DNA of 64,000 nucleotides from Lama glama (Eukaryota): the NCBI GenBank assembly GCA_028534125.1, contig CM052816.1, positions 57,476,001-57,540,000 on the forward strand, in the 5' to 3' direction. Both the position numbers and the translations under genes were made by a program. The notes beneath the pieces were generated by a model that had not been told where the DNA came from, did not search any database, and saw only the letters and a list, made by a program, of their open reading frames with translations. Of this stretch, positions 23,143-35,930 are shown piece by piece (position 1 is the first letter of the stretch; the number at the start of each line of letters is the position of its first letter).

Positions 23143-24181
23143 CTGAAAATGATGTCAGTGGAGTTAGGTATATTTTTTTCCCATGAAGTGTCCATACAAG
23201 TCCAGGAATCACAGCAGGAAGATCATGCAGGTCTGGACTTCCTTTCACCTCAAGGTCAAGGGAAGTCTGTGATATGGATATAGACAAGCTAGAAGCAGCA
23301 CTGATGAATTGGACCATTGGTGTCCTTCACAGGAATTAAGATGGAATGACCTGGATATGGGGCAATGTTTGAGGATTCACATGATTGTCCCAGGTGTATC
23401 TTTGAGATAAGGGCAGTGTCACCATGAAGGAAATGAGTGCTCATGTACCTGCCATCCTGAGGTAGGAAAGAGAAAGGCCTTACACTGGGGCGAGAAGGTT
23501 TTCCTCCTTCCTTGGGGGCAAAGAGAGAACTGAGCTTGGACTCTGGAATGTAGAGGTGTCTGAGGATTCCTGTGGTTGGGGTACAGCTGGCTCGTACCCC
23601 CATTAGGAGAAGACCTGTGAGAGCTAGGAGAAGACATTCAACTTGTGTTTGGGTTGTGACTCCCGGAGTAACCACCTGTAGTCATAGTTGTGGGCTATCT
23701 TCTTGGTATATTGCAATTTTATCTTTCAGTGAAGCCTTATTTAAAGGAATAGCTCCTTCTTAGATTGCCTTGGGGCATCAATAGAGGGTTCTATGTCCAT
23801 ACTTAAGAGTGCAGTGTAACTGTGAAAGCAGAATCAGCCTGGGACAGCTGGTTAGGTTTGATCAGAAATGCTGTGCACAAAGTAGAGCAATAATCCAGAG
23901 ATAGCATCTGGCTGGGGGATCCTGAGGATTTCTGGAACTTGCCATATTCTTCAAGTTTTCACTGCTCTCCTTGAGGGGGTAACCTAATGAAAGATGAGAC
24001 CTTCTGCTTCTACAAGGATGTGGGTCAGGATTATTTGGGCATGAAGAAGACTGACCTCTGAAAGCTGGAAAACTTAGGGGAATATTTCAGTTGTATAGCC
24101 TCCAGCAATCAACTCAGGTATCTTCTTAAAGCCGTCTCAACCTCGTATCTGAGTTCAGCATCTTTTTTAGTATTCTTTTAG
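23143..24181 (-). pseudogene. Candidate ~1 kb decayed exon with RGS-like segments at both ends
   Basis: Non-repeat block richer in GC than its flanks. The start gives KDAELRYEVETALRRYLS*LLEAIQLKY. The end gives DGRYMSTHFLHGDTALISKIHLGQSCES, QFISAASSLSISISQ and HHFQ. Donor CAG|gcaaag (GC-type or mutated GT). Confidence 0.55.
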
Positions 24182-24197
24182 CTATTATTTATGCAAA

Positions 24198-24410
24198 CAA
24201 TAATAGCTAATGTTTACTGAATGCTTACATTGTGCCAAACAGTGAGCTAAGTGCTTTACATGGCTTTTATCATTCAGTACTTTGTTATCCCTGTTTTTCA
24301 AATAATGAAACTGAAGCTTGGAGAAGTTATGTGATTTCCCTTACATCCCACAGCTAGGTATTCATGGAGTCAGGTTTTGAACCCCAAATGGTCTGTCCCA
24401 GAACTCATAC
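24198..24410 (-). mobile_element. MIR SINE remnant
   Basis: aatagctaatgtttactgaatgcttac...ctaagtgctttacat...gaaactgaagcttggagaagtt. Confidence 0.75.
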
Positions 24411-25040
24411 ACATAAGAAGTAGAATGTACTCATTTTGTTTCTCTAATGTTCGCTTAAAAAAAAACTTGTAAGTTTCCTTAGGATACTATCTGTTTTTTT
24501 ATCTCTGCGTATCTATTTATTAGCATAGAGCTAGGTACGTAATAAATGTTTGGCAAATGTTTATGGAAAGGATGAATGAATGACAAAGCCTAAGGGGCAA
24601 AATATTAGGAAAACACACTGACACTCTTTTTACAGTTTATGAGTGAATAAAATAACATGCTCAATGCTGCTCTTGACACATAATAATAATAAATGTTAGC
24701 TATCATTGTCATTATTGGAACTGAAAGTACATTTAAAAGAACAGTTGTTTTGCATAGGAATGCATCATATACCTTATTTTTTTTCAAAATTTCCTTTACT
24801 TTAATCACGTATCTCTATTCAATTTTAGAAAGAAGTGAACATTTAGTTTCTGTGCAGTATTTTGAATATATAGAAGTTAAATATCATTTATGATAGAGTT
24901 TTCCCTTGAAATTTGAGCTGTTTGCTTAAAATATGAATATAGTTAAGTATAAAAGAGAGCTGCTGCAAGTTCAGTTTAAGCAATCTGCAGTGTAACAATG
25001 TGAGAATATAGATGACATTAAATGTGAAAGAGTTTCTTAT

Positions 25041-25166
25041 CATGTGCTTCCAGCCACCACAGCCTGAGGACAAAAGCCAACTACCAAATTGTTGTGATTT
25101 TAGTATAATGCAAAATTCAAAATTTCTCATTTTGGCTTCATCGCCAATCCATTCCTGTTATTCTTG
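25041..25166 (-). pseudogene. Candidate decayed exon, RGS helix 3-like
   Basis: Acceptor atacttttgtag. Translates QE*QEWIGDEAKMRNFEF, with LHYTK in a shifted frame, resembling the 'M..F..FL..T.G' motif. The donor position is uncertain. Confidence 0.4.
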
Positions 25167-28100
25167 CTACAAAAGTATCTAAACTGATTTTACTTTAAAA
25201 TTTTTGTAAATAGAATATTGTACTATGGTGCCAATTTATTTATGTCATTGGAATATCGTGATGTGGATCTTTGAGGAGGTAGGTAGACTGAATGAATTAC
25301 TATTATTGTTGTCATTATTGTTATTATTTACCCTTTACTCATCTGTGGCAGAATTTGCTTGTTGCACACCCCAGTATCCATTCTCTCTCCTCTTCAGTAA
25401 TATAATCCTGCATTTTTTTTTGCCTGTAAAAGGGTTTTATAAAATTTAAAACAATTGATTTGTATTAAGGTATTACTATTGTTTCCCAAGTTTTATCATA
25501 TTAAAAATGCCTGTAGAATTACAGTCAGAACTATCGCTCTTTAAGTCTGTCATCATGCTTCCTTGATGGAACATTTTTCTGACAGGAATCTAACAGAAGT
25601 CCACATGTCCTCAGAGTTTTTACTCTTAGAATCCTACATTTATATGGGGACAATGTTTGCAGTTAAAGGACTTAGCCTCCCTTGCAACTAGGTATGAATG
25701 TGATTATGTGATGAAATTGTGTAAATGATATGCAAGTGGAAGTGTTGTGAGTTATTTCTGGAAAATTTCCTTAAAAGGGAAAGAGTAGACCCTTCTTTTC
25801 CCCTTCCTTCTTCCTGTTCCCAGAAATGTAAATAAAATGAATGGTGCTCCAGTAGCTAGCTTGGGCCATGAGGTAACTTTCTAATGACAGCTGTGAATGG
25901 CAAAGCAACAACAAAGAATGATCCTGGCTCTCTAACATTGTGGAGACCCCATACTGGCAAGAACTGCCAGTTTCTGCCCACTGTATGAAAGAGATACAAA
26001 CTTTCTTCTTATTTTTACTGTCAGTTTGGATCTTTCTGTTCTATACAGCCAAACCTAATCCTAATACATATTCTAAGGAAGTAAAAGAAACTTTTCAAGA
26101 GAACTATGTCCATCTTTCTGTCAGTGTATTGAAGAAACTTCATTGTTTGGTGTTTTGTTTCTGCTCATTTCTAGCTTCTCAGTCCTATCTTCCTTCCTTC
26201 AGTAATCTTTCAGGCTTCCTATTAAGATGTCAGCTGTTTTGAGGACCCTTACTGTCATACTCTCATTTTCAATATCTCCGTAAGGGTCTTATAATTTCCT
26301 CAGTTCCCGTCTCTCTCTCTCTCCTCCAAAAATCCTCATGAGTTTCCAGCATGAAATTACAGTAACATCAATGAATGTAAAGGTTTCTCATTAATTCAGA
26401 AGGTAGGAACTTGTGGAAATAATTGTCCTAAGTGATATTTTGTAGAAATTAATTTTTAGATAGTGTTTCTGTGATGACAGATTAGCAAACACTGAGTTGA
26501 AAACGGCAGTCTTGATTTCAACTAAGCATTTGATAGCCTTCAGTGAGACGCAGTGAATAGAAAGAATTCCAACCAAGCTTTCACTCCCAGCTCTGGTATT
26601 TATTAGCTGTAAGGACTTGGAAAAATATCTAAACTTCTTGAGCTTCAATTTCCTTATCTATAAAATAAATTATAATAAAGAGTAAAAAGAGCTAATGCAC
26701 ATGTAAAAATAAGCACATTTTTGTTACCTCTACTGTACTTTGCAAATATAAGGCAGTTTGGGTCAGTGGAAAAAAATCTGGGTCGAGAACTCAGTATATG
26801 CTTGCTAGCAGGGTAATTTTGGCCAAATTATTTAATGACTTTGAACCCCAGTTTTCTTATTTATAAAATGAGAAAAATAATTATAATTGCCTTACAGGCC
26901 TGTTGTAAGTGTTAAATGGAACAATGTATGTGAAGACTCTAAGACAGTACCAGGTGCCCCACTCCCCCAAATGATAGATGGTAGTATTCTTGTGGTTGTT
27001 ACTGTCATATTTGTTTTCTTGGAGATAAATGTGAACTATGGCTTATTGACACTTAAAGTAGCTAAGTGGCTGGATGGTTGAACTATAATGTAAAAAGAAT
27101 ATCCATTAATAGCTTTATGTCTACCTAAAGGTACATGTTAGGTAGAACACTGCAGTCTCAGCCAATATTTTTACTGATGCTATGCATGAAGGTAAGGTTT
27201 GGTAATAACACAAAGTCAGGAGGGATAGACCCATGAGCGTGATATAATGGAAAGACAGTGAAATGATATAAAGACAGACATTGATGACTTAACACTTGGC
27301 TTTGAGTCCCACATCACAATCATGTGATGACTCAGTTTCCTCATCTGCAAAATGATAACACTTGCAAGAATAGGAGGCAGATGCATTTTATGAGTATATA
27401 CTCTTAAAGATCTCACATAAATCATGACTCATTCTGAAAAATGATAATGGGCTTGTTTGTTACCAACTAAAGTAGTACCCCAAAATAATAGTATAAGCAT
27501 AGTTCATCAGTTTCAGAATTATGCAGTTATTTACAATTCTTTAAAAAATGGTGGATTTGAACTATTTCAAATTTTATGCACAAAATGTGCCTTTACTCAT
27601 GTTTCAAATTATGTACTTAAAATTCACAAAAAATGGAAGCAAATTGATTAACCTGGCCTGCTACTGAGGAGAAAGCTGCATTTTAGGAATTCTGAGGCCA
27701 GCTTGAATCATTGGGAAGACTTGAGAAGAACAATTTGACCAAAACCTGAAGATTGTTCCTATATAGATCAGCCTTGAAAGAGCACTGACAATAAAAATCT
27801 TTCACCACTTACTCCTGTCTCTGAGACAATGGTGTTTTGCTGGTGTCAGGGGAAAAGGGCTGCAGCTAACTAGGTAAGTTAGATTTACGTATAAAGTTGG
27901 ATAAAACTGGACTTTGTAGCTATACTGGATACTTGTTATTCTCCTGTTTGTCATTCAGATTGCAAGAAGGTTCTATCCACAAATATCTACCAACACTGGC
28001 TGTATTGACTGCATTCTTTCAGCTTCACTTTATCCCTAAAGCCTTGGGGTTTTATGGCTTTGCCACAGCCACTGTAGTAAAGTATTATATGGGAGTCATG

Positions 28101-28706
28101 TATTTCTGCTACTTGAGACTAATGCCCAGACTCTCTGGCCTCTCTTACCAATTTGAGATTTATATAAAGTATGATAAATTTTCCTTAGTGGTTGCTGAAG
28201 TGGTCATAGCCTAGGTGTTTAAGGGGATAAAATCCTCATAGAACAAACTTTGATCAGTGGGAAATAAAAGTCAGGATGGAGCTAGCAGACAAATTCCCTC
28301 TCCATTTTTTCCCTACAATAGACTGAGGTTTCTGAGCCATGGTTTTTCCATATTCTCTCTCCAAACATGTCCTGCATGGCCAAGTGGGAACACTAGTCAA
28401 GCGATTGCTTGTTATAGAATAGTAGCCAGTGTAGTCAGTTCATTACCTTGGATTTTCCTTCCATTCTCCTCTGACTCAGTTGTCTTTTCCTTCATTTTTG
28501 CTGCCTTGTAATTGCACCTGCCAATAAAATCTTCCTTCAGACTCATTTTTTTTCTAGGGAATTCAGATTAACTCACTATGGGCAGTGAATTGAGGTAGCT
28601 ACTGAGTCCTATCTTTTGGGAGCTTACAAGTTAGGCCAAGAGACAGATACATAAATCATGAACCACAATACATAAAATTAAGCATGATAATAACTTACAA
28701 TCTCAC

Positions 28707-28916
28707 CTTCGAGATCCTCCAAAACAAGGGTAGTTGTCTCTAGTTCTGGTTATTATTTTTTATGTGTTTGATAATTGAAACATCTTGATTTGCTTGTAGC
28801 ATTGCAGATAGTCCTCTGAGATTTACTCAAGTTCCTCAGCTTGTGTAGAAGCCAGCATTTTCCTTGGGGTTTCAGTAACATATTTTGAATATGTTCATGC
28901 TGCTGTAGGTATTTTG
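28707..28916 (-). pseudogene. Candidate decayed exon, 210 nt
   Basis: Strong acceptor tgtattttccacag and donor AAG|gtgaga. The phase-1 frame ends HKK**PELETTTLVLEDLE with two in-frame stops. Confidence 0.5.
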
Positions 28917-29357
28917 CTGTGGAAAATACATCAAGTTTTTCTTTAATAGTAACATTTTATTATAGATCTCTTTTCCTAAAATCAAATTACTGTCAGATTT
29001 TTTTGCTTTCTCTCTCCAGTCAGATCATTGAATGTAATGATGTTGTTTATCCATAAATACAGTCTAGACTAATTTTTTGCCTGCTTTCAAAAATTAATTT
29101 AGCAGACTTTACAGCCTTGTTAGCTAGCTGCCTATATGATATTATAGGGTATATGGGTGTTTTGGACTTAGATCTTAATATTTCTGAACATTATTGTCTC
29201 TAAGGGAAGACAAAAACATGACTGAATTTGGAAAGTACCAGAAATTTGCTTTAGTGCCAGAAATTTGCTTTGACTCAAAGTGGAGGATAAAGCCTGTTGT
29301 AGGGGCAGTCTCTTTGTTTTGGGAGGATTACTTTCGTGAGTTGTCTTGTTCACGGGG

Positions 29358-29895
29358 ATGTAAATTAAGTATATAGGTTAAATATTGCTGCTTAACAAAT
29401 TATTTCCAGACTTACAATGATAATACTAATTTATTGTTTCATGACATTTCTGAGGGTCAGTAATTCAGGAGCAGCTGAGCTGGGTGGGTCTGGGTTGGAG
29501 TTTCTCGTGAGTTTGCAGTTAAGATGTTGGTGAAGGCTTCTGTCTTCAGAAGGCTTGACTAGGGCTGGAAAATGCACTTCTAGTGTGGCTCACTCATATT
29601 ACTGGCAAGGCCATGTTGGCTGTTGGCTGGGGACCTGAGTTCCTTATCATTTGGATATTTCCATAGGGCCACTTTGATGTCCCCAAGACAGGGTAGCTGG
29701 TTTCCCCAAAGTGAGTAACCCAAGAGAAAACAAGGAGGAAGTGTACATAGCCCTGAAAATGACACACTGTCACTTGTACTGTATTCTGTTGGTCACACAG
29801 ACCAATCCTGATATATATAATGTGAGCGGGAACCACAGACAGGCATGAATACCAGAACAAGAAAGTTAGGGAGCCATCTTGGAGACTGACTGCCG
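29358..29895 (-). mobile_element. MaLR LTR (MLT1F-like)
   Basis: ttctgagggtcagtaattcaggagcagctgagctgggtgg...ttctgttggtcacacagaccaatcctgat...ggagccatcttggagactgactgccgca. Confidence 0.75.
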
Positions 29896-30018
29896 CATTA
29901 AGTAGCACTGTTTGTTGTTCTTGGAAGCCTTTTTTACTGTGAAGTGACCAAATCCAAATATATCTGATTAAAATGAGGGATAGTTGGTTTAATAATAATA
30001 ATATTCTAAAAGGCTGAC

Positions 30019-30138
30019 CTGATTGGGCATCAGCATGCAACTCTGCAGAGGTTAATTTGCTATCAAGTGATTTTTCTGTCTCCTTTGCTGGAGAAACCAT
30101 AAGAGGAAGTGAGGGCCAAAAAGGGCCCATTGGAAGGA
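30019..30138 (-). pseudogene. Candidate exon, 120 nt, phase 1-1, still open
   Basis: Acceptor cacctgcattaag, donor CAG|gtcagc. Translates VLPMGPFWPSLPLMVSPAKETEKSLDSKLTSAELHADAQS. Confidence 0.45.
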
Positions 30139-30212
30139 CTTAATGCAGGTGGGGTAAAATTTTATGTTCTTTTCAGTCGAAATCTTAGTAACTCAAAGTT
30201 CCTGTAACTCAC

Positions 30213-30708
30213 CCTCCTGGAAAATTTCCCCACAGAAATTTCTGTGATTATCCCAAAGGGGTCTGACTTCACATGTGCCCACAAACCAGCCCAGCAAGAA
30301 CATCACAGGATACTGCTTTGTTCTTCCTCTTCCCCACCAGCTTCCCGGAGTTCCTATCTGCAGCCTCTACTTTGGGATTCTGGTCACAGGGCAGAGGAGG
30401 GAAAATGGCCCTTTCCTCAATTTTTGTGTCTCACTTCTTTGCCAGAGCCCTGAATGAAGTTGCGCTGTCTGTGCCCAGACCACTGCCGAGTTTTTCATGA
30501 AAACAGGTCCTTTTTGTCTCTGAGTAATTCTCTACCAAGAACCCACAAGGACAGGCATCAGTTTTATTTTTCAGGACTCTCTTCATCTTGAGTGTAACTG
30601 ACTAACCTCTCACCTTGACTTATATTTACAGCTGCTACTTTCTTCCCGTATATTTACATAGTCTGCTGGTTTCTCCTCTTACTGCCAAATGTCTTCTAAA
30701 GCAATCAG
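30213..30708 (-). pseudogene. Candidate large decayed exon
   Basis: Acceptor ttttgttagttttgacag, donor AGG|gtgagt. Protein-like pieces such as IEERAIFPPLPCDQNPKVEAADRNSGK with stops. A short (about 74 nt) intron separates it from the next candidate exon. Confidence 0.42.
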
Positions 30709-31917
30709 CTGTCAAAACTAACAAAATCTGTCAACACATGATGTGTGGCATAGCACGGGGTTGTGATAAAAACTGATCTCAAGTATTAAAAATTCAAGCT
30801 GTCCTGTAGTGTTTAAGCTTTAAACAAGTGCTAATCATCCACCTCAAGGTTGTTTGACTTTTGCCAGATCCTCTGCACGTTGAGCACTCTTGTGATAACC
30901 ACACATGGCACCATTTACAACAGTCCCTTGCATATTGTCTAGATTTTTTATGTGGAAGTGCTAAATAAGCTGAGCCTCGTGGCTTGGCTCTATGTATCAA
31001 GTCTTCTGGGCCAGAGCCCTGGGAATCCCTAGTTGGTTATTTCTCTGCTGCTGCATGCATTTCACATATCTCTGGGGGATTCTGCATCTTAAGTGTCTTC
31101 CACATCTATCTCTTTCTCCTTTATTTCTGTCGTCACTGACTTGGTTCAGGCCCTCATTAAGTCTTCCTGGATCACTCCAGGAATGTACAAACTGGTCTCT
31201 TTCCATTTTAAGTCATTCTCATTTCTGCTCCTGGAATAACCTTTCTGAATATGAATGAAATCACATCCCTCCATGCTTAAAGTCCCTCCATGGATCTCCC
31301 CATAGGTACTGGATCAAATTCAAGTAGTAAGTCAGCCCACAGATTTTTGCTTACCTCTCTGACCTTATTTCTACCATTGTTCCTCCTCTGCTTGCAGCTA
31401 TTCAACTCGCAATTGTCTCAAATTTATATCATTTACTGTCCTAAACATTTGCAAATATATTCCTTGTACTGATGTGCATTTCCTACTCATCTTCAAGACC
31501 TAGGTCAGGTATCATCACCTATAAGACACCTTTCTTTTCTGGTTAGATGCCCCTCCCATGTTCCAGAATATCTTCCACATGTCTCTCTCCAGGTGAAATG
31601 CAGCATACATTGTGCTTTAAGTGATGAGCTCTCGAGCCAATGAATGAGGGTTTGACCACAATTTTTTTTTTATGTGGTCAAACCCTTTCATTTAACTGTC
31701 TCAGGTTATAGGGCCCAAAACTGAAAAAAGAGTTGGTAAAGTGGCCCTATTGATGTCAAAATGACACTTTGAAATAATTTTGACTCTTAATGTGTTAGCA
31801 AGTGTGAGTCTATTTTTTAATTTTAGAAGCTAGGTTGGCTTTATGAGTTGACCCTAAAAATATATGTTATTAATGTTGCAAATAACTTTCTTACAAAGGA
31901 GCAATACAAAATATAAA

Positions 31918-32972
31918 GTGGCATATGACACCAAAGACATGGACAACAAAAGAAAAAATAGGCAAATTGAATGTCATCAAAATGAATAACTTTTGTGTAT
32001 CAGAGGACACTATCAACAAAGTGAAGAGGCAGCTCATGGAATGAGAGAAAATATTTGTAAATCACATTTCTGAGATGGGATTAATATTCAAAATATATAA
32101 AGAATTCCTACAACTGAACAACAAAAAGCCAAACTGATTTAAAAAATGGCCAAAGGACCTGAGTAGATATTTCTCTAAAGAAAATGGCTAATAAGCACAT
32201 GAAAAGATGCTCAACATCAGGAATCATTAGGGAAATGCAAGTAAAACCACTTTGTATCCATTACAATGGCTCTTATATATAAAAATCAAAATAAAATAAC
32301 AAGGATTGGTGAGGATATGGAGAAATTGGAGCCCTTATGCACTGCTGGTGGGAATGTAAAATGGAACAGCTGTGTGGAAAATGGTATGGTATTTCCTCTA
32401 AAAATTAAAAACAAAATTACCATGTGACCTAGCATTTCCACTTATGGGTATATACCTAATGAATTGAAAACATGGACTCAAAGAGATGTTTGTATAACCA
32501 TGTTAATAGTGACATTATTTTCAATAGCCAAAATGTGGAAACAACACAAGTGACCATTAGTGGATGAATGGATAAATAAAATGTGTACAGTAGAATATTA
32601 TTCAGCCTTCAAAAGAGTGGAAATTCTGACATATGTTACAACATGGATGAATCTTGAAGATGTTATACTATGTGAAATACACCAGTTACAAAAAGACAAG
32701 TGCTGTTTGAGTCCACTTATATGAAGTATCTAGATTCAAATTCATGGAGACAGAAAGCAGAGTGATGGTTGCCAGGGGCTGAAGGAGGGGAGAAATGTGG
32801 AGTTATTGTTTAATGTTTATGGAGTTTTAGTTTGGGAAGATGAAAAAGTTCTAGAGATGGATGGTGGTGATGGTTACATAACAATGTAAATGTACTTAAT
32901 GTGACTGAATTGTACATTTAAAAATGATTAAAATGGTAAGTTTTATGTTATATATATTTTGCCACGCTAAAA
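31918..32972 (+). mobile_element. 5'-truncated L1 (L1MB-like)
   Basis: atatgacaccaaa...aagcacatgaaaagatgctcaacatc...aaaaagttctagagatggatggtggtgatggtt...aaaatgattaaaatggtaa. Confidence 0.9.
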
Positions 32973-33382
32973 ATTATTAAAATTTTAATGTGTATTTTTG
33001 TATACACATTCATTTTATATAATCCGACTTGAAATTAGTTCCATTTTTTGCCAAGAATCTTGATCTTATTTTGAAATTCTATTAAAATATTTCAAAACAT
33101 ACACAAAAATAGAGAGAATAACATATGGTGAACCCCCTAGTTCCTTAAAGTAACACCAACTTTAACACCTCGATTTATAGTAAAACATTTTTGTGGATAA
33201 TTAGTCCATTGCCCCAGTTGTTGAGTACCATTTGTATGTACTGTCCTTACTCCAGTGATTTCAAAAGCTGACTATACATTTTTCATACTTCTGAACTATT
33301 TATAGAGATATGGGTATCCCAAGCAAAGCCTTAGAAAACCTGCTGCATCACAGGCTCTGCAAAAAGGAGCAGCATTGCATAG

Positions 33383-33573
33383 ACCAGAAGTTGGAAACCC
33401 TTTCTGTAAAAAGCCAGATAGTAAATATTTTAGGCTTTGTGGGCATATTGTACTTGTTGAATATTCCTTTTTTCTTCTTAAATATCCCTGTGTACGAAGA
33501 TTTCTTAGCATGTGGAGTCAAACAAAAAAGTGCTATTTTCAGATTTGCCCAATGGCTGTAATTTGCTGACCCC
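33383..33573. mobile_element. hAT-Charlie MITE (MER58A-like)
   Basis: ttctgtaaaaagccagatagtaaatattttaggctttgtgggc...tttgctgacccc. Confidence 0.75.
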
Positions 33574-34884
33574 CATTTGAACTTTGAGGCCCTACTGATG
33601 ACAACCCCCAGCAGAGTGGCAGATGTGGGCATCCAGTCATGATCAGCCCATCTTTAGGGTGGCCGGCAACCACTGTCTGGGCCTAACGCAAACTGATTGA
33701 TTTCAAGTCTGGTTATATAAATGGGTGCATATAAAAATACCCACTTAATTAAAAAATAATTCCTTACTGTGGTAAAATTTTATTGTAGTACTTCATGTAA
33801 GTGGAATCCAATAGGCCTGTCGGGTCTATTTCCTGGAACTCTGAGAAGGAAGCACTTAGAAGTGAGCAACTGCAGGAGAAACAGAGAATAGGTCCTAAGT
33901 GAGAGACACCTCGCACAGTCTCAGTTCCAATCCCAGAATATACATACAAGGAACCCCTCTTTTCTTGAGGAAACTTAAGTGATATGTTTCTTGTAACCAG
34001 AAGAATCTAAATTACTTTCATCTCCCGCAAATGTAAATTGGTGCAAACACTTTGGTAGAGTGTCTGGTAATATATAGTGAAGTTGAATATGGGCATATCA
34101 ATGACCCAGCAAGTCTATTTTACCTAGAAAAATCTTTGTGCATTTGTACCAAAAGATATATGTACAAGAATGTTCACAGTGTGTAGCATGTGTTTGTAGT
34201 GCACTGTATTAACCTGGTCAAGTCCTAGCTGTGCTACTTACATAGCTGTGTGACCTCAGAGAAGTTATTTATTTCTCTGTGCCCCCTTTTCATCATCGGT
34301 AGGAGGGAAAAATTGTTTAATCCGCACAAGGTTGTCATCCCTATTAAATAACTTATGTAAAATGCAGGGCACATAGGAAATGTAAGTCTTAGCTGTTGTT
34401 ACAACTCGTTGTAGCAGCACTGGTCATAATAGCAAAAAAGTGAAAACAACCTAAATCTCCATCACCAGAGGATAGGTAAATAAACTGGTGTATTCATATT
34501 ATGGAATACTATATAGCACAGGAGTGAAAAGAATGAACTAGAGGTATACATATCAATAGATAGAAACAATGTTAACAGAAAAAGGCAGACACAAGAAGGA
34601 CACAGGTAGCATGGCCTCCATGTTATGAAATAAAGAAGATTAAACCTATTATGTAGAGACATATACATACATAGGTAGCAAACGTAAAAAGAAAAGCAAG
34701 ATAATGGAAAACAAAACTCAGGATAGTGGACAGGGAGGTGGGATTGGGAAATATCTCTAGTAACATTTGTAAAGTTTTAAAAGTTTATAAACTGAGTGGT
34801 AGGTTCCTGGGTAGTCTTCTTATATACATAAGTGTAGAACAATACATTCCAGTGAACCAAATCTGAAGATAGATTAAAAATTGA

Positions 34885-35365
34885 TGCAGTTGCTATGGAA
34901 AACAGTATGGAGATTTTTTAAAAAACTGAAAATAGAGTTACTATATGATCCGGCAATCCCACTCCTGGGCATGTATCTGGAGAAAACTCTAATTTGAAAA
35001 GATACATGCACCCAATATTCATAGTGGCACTATTTACAGCCAAGACATGGAAGCAACCGAAGTGTCCATTCACAGATGAATGGATAAAGAAGATTACTTA
35101 GCCATAAAAAAGAATAAAATAATGCCATTTGCAGCAACATGGGTGGACCTAGAGATTATTAAACTAAGCAAACTCAGACAGAGAGAGACAAATATTATAT
35201 GATGTCACTTATATGTGGAATCTTAAAAAAAAACAGTATAAATGAACTTATTTACAAAACAGAAACAGACTCACAGACAACAAACTTATGGTTACCAAAG
35301 AGGAAGGGTGGGGTAGGGGTAACTTGAGAGTAGGGGATTAACCGATGCACACAATTATACATATT
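34885..35365 (+). mobile_element. L1 ORF2 end and 3' UTR fragment
   Basis: gctatggaaaacagtatggag...ccggcaatcccactcctgggc...gccatttgcagcaacatggg...caaaacagaaacagactcacagac. Confidence 0.9.
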
Positions 35366-35924
35366 AAAAGGAAATGTAAAGATAAAAATTACATGGATAT
35401 GAACTGAGCTTATTGAAATTCAGGAAATAAGAATTAAAATAAAAAGGAAATAGTTAACATGTTCTAAAGGGACTTCATTAAGGAACCAAGTGGTTGAATA
35501 TAGTTTACTCTAGAAAATACTTTTTTGATGAAAATTTAATCAGTGCGGGTATACTTTTGATTAAAATGTTTGTCTTCATAAATTCAAAGTCACTGTGACC
35601 TGGGGGTGAAAATAGCTGGATTAAATCATCTTGTACATAGTTAACAAAACCTTAACACTACAATAAGCACTGAATTTATATAATGAGATTTATACATTCA
35701 TAGGAGAAATAAAGAGGTCTGGGTTGAGAGTTGGGAGGGAAGCAGGTGTCAGGAAAACCCAAGTAGTAGTCAAATTGTTAGAAGGTAAAACAACAAGAGT
35801 AATTCTTCTCTAGAGATAAGAGAAATAGGGAAAATACCAGAAAATAATAAGTTACAGAAAAGAAGAATGAATTCAATATTGAAGTGATCATTTGGGTAGT
35901 AAGTTTGATTTACTTCCCCCGAGA

Positions 35925-35930
35925 TTTAAT
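35925..35930 (-). terminator. Polyadenylation signal ATTAAA of H2B.L
   Basis: ATTAAA directly follows the TAA stop, with a T-rich tract downstream (about 35855-35875). No histone stem-loop is visible. Confidence 0.6.

Noticed and set aside
23143..24181. ERV pol fragment or processed pseudogene as the explanation for this GC-richer block
   Set aside because: No RT/RNase H/integrase motifs, LTRs, poly-A tail or TSD were seen, and it connects through a short intron to a downstream exon.
29594..30130. 178-aa ORF on the minus strand
   Set aside because: Most of it runs through intron-like sequence and a MaLR LTR. Only 30019-30138 looks like an exon.
35850..35930. Replication-dependent histone 3' stem-loop
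   Set aside because: No GGC(T/C)CTTTTCAG(A/G)GCC-type hairpin is present. The gene has ATTAAA instead.
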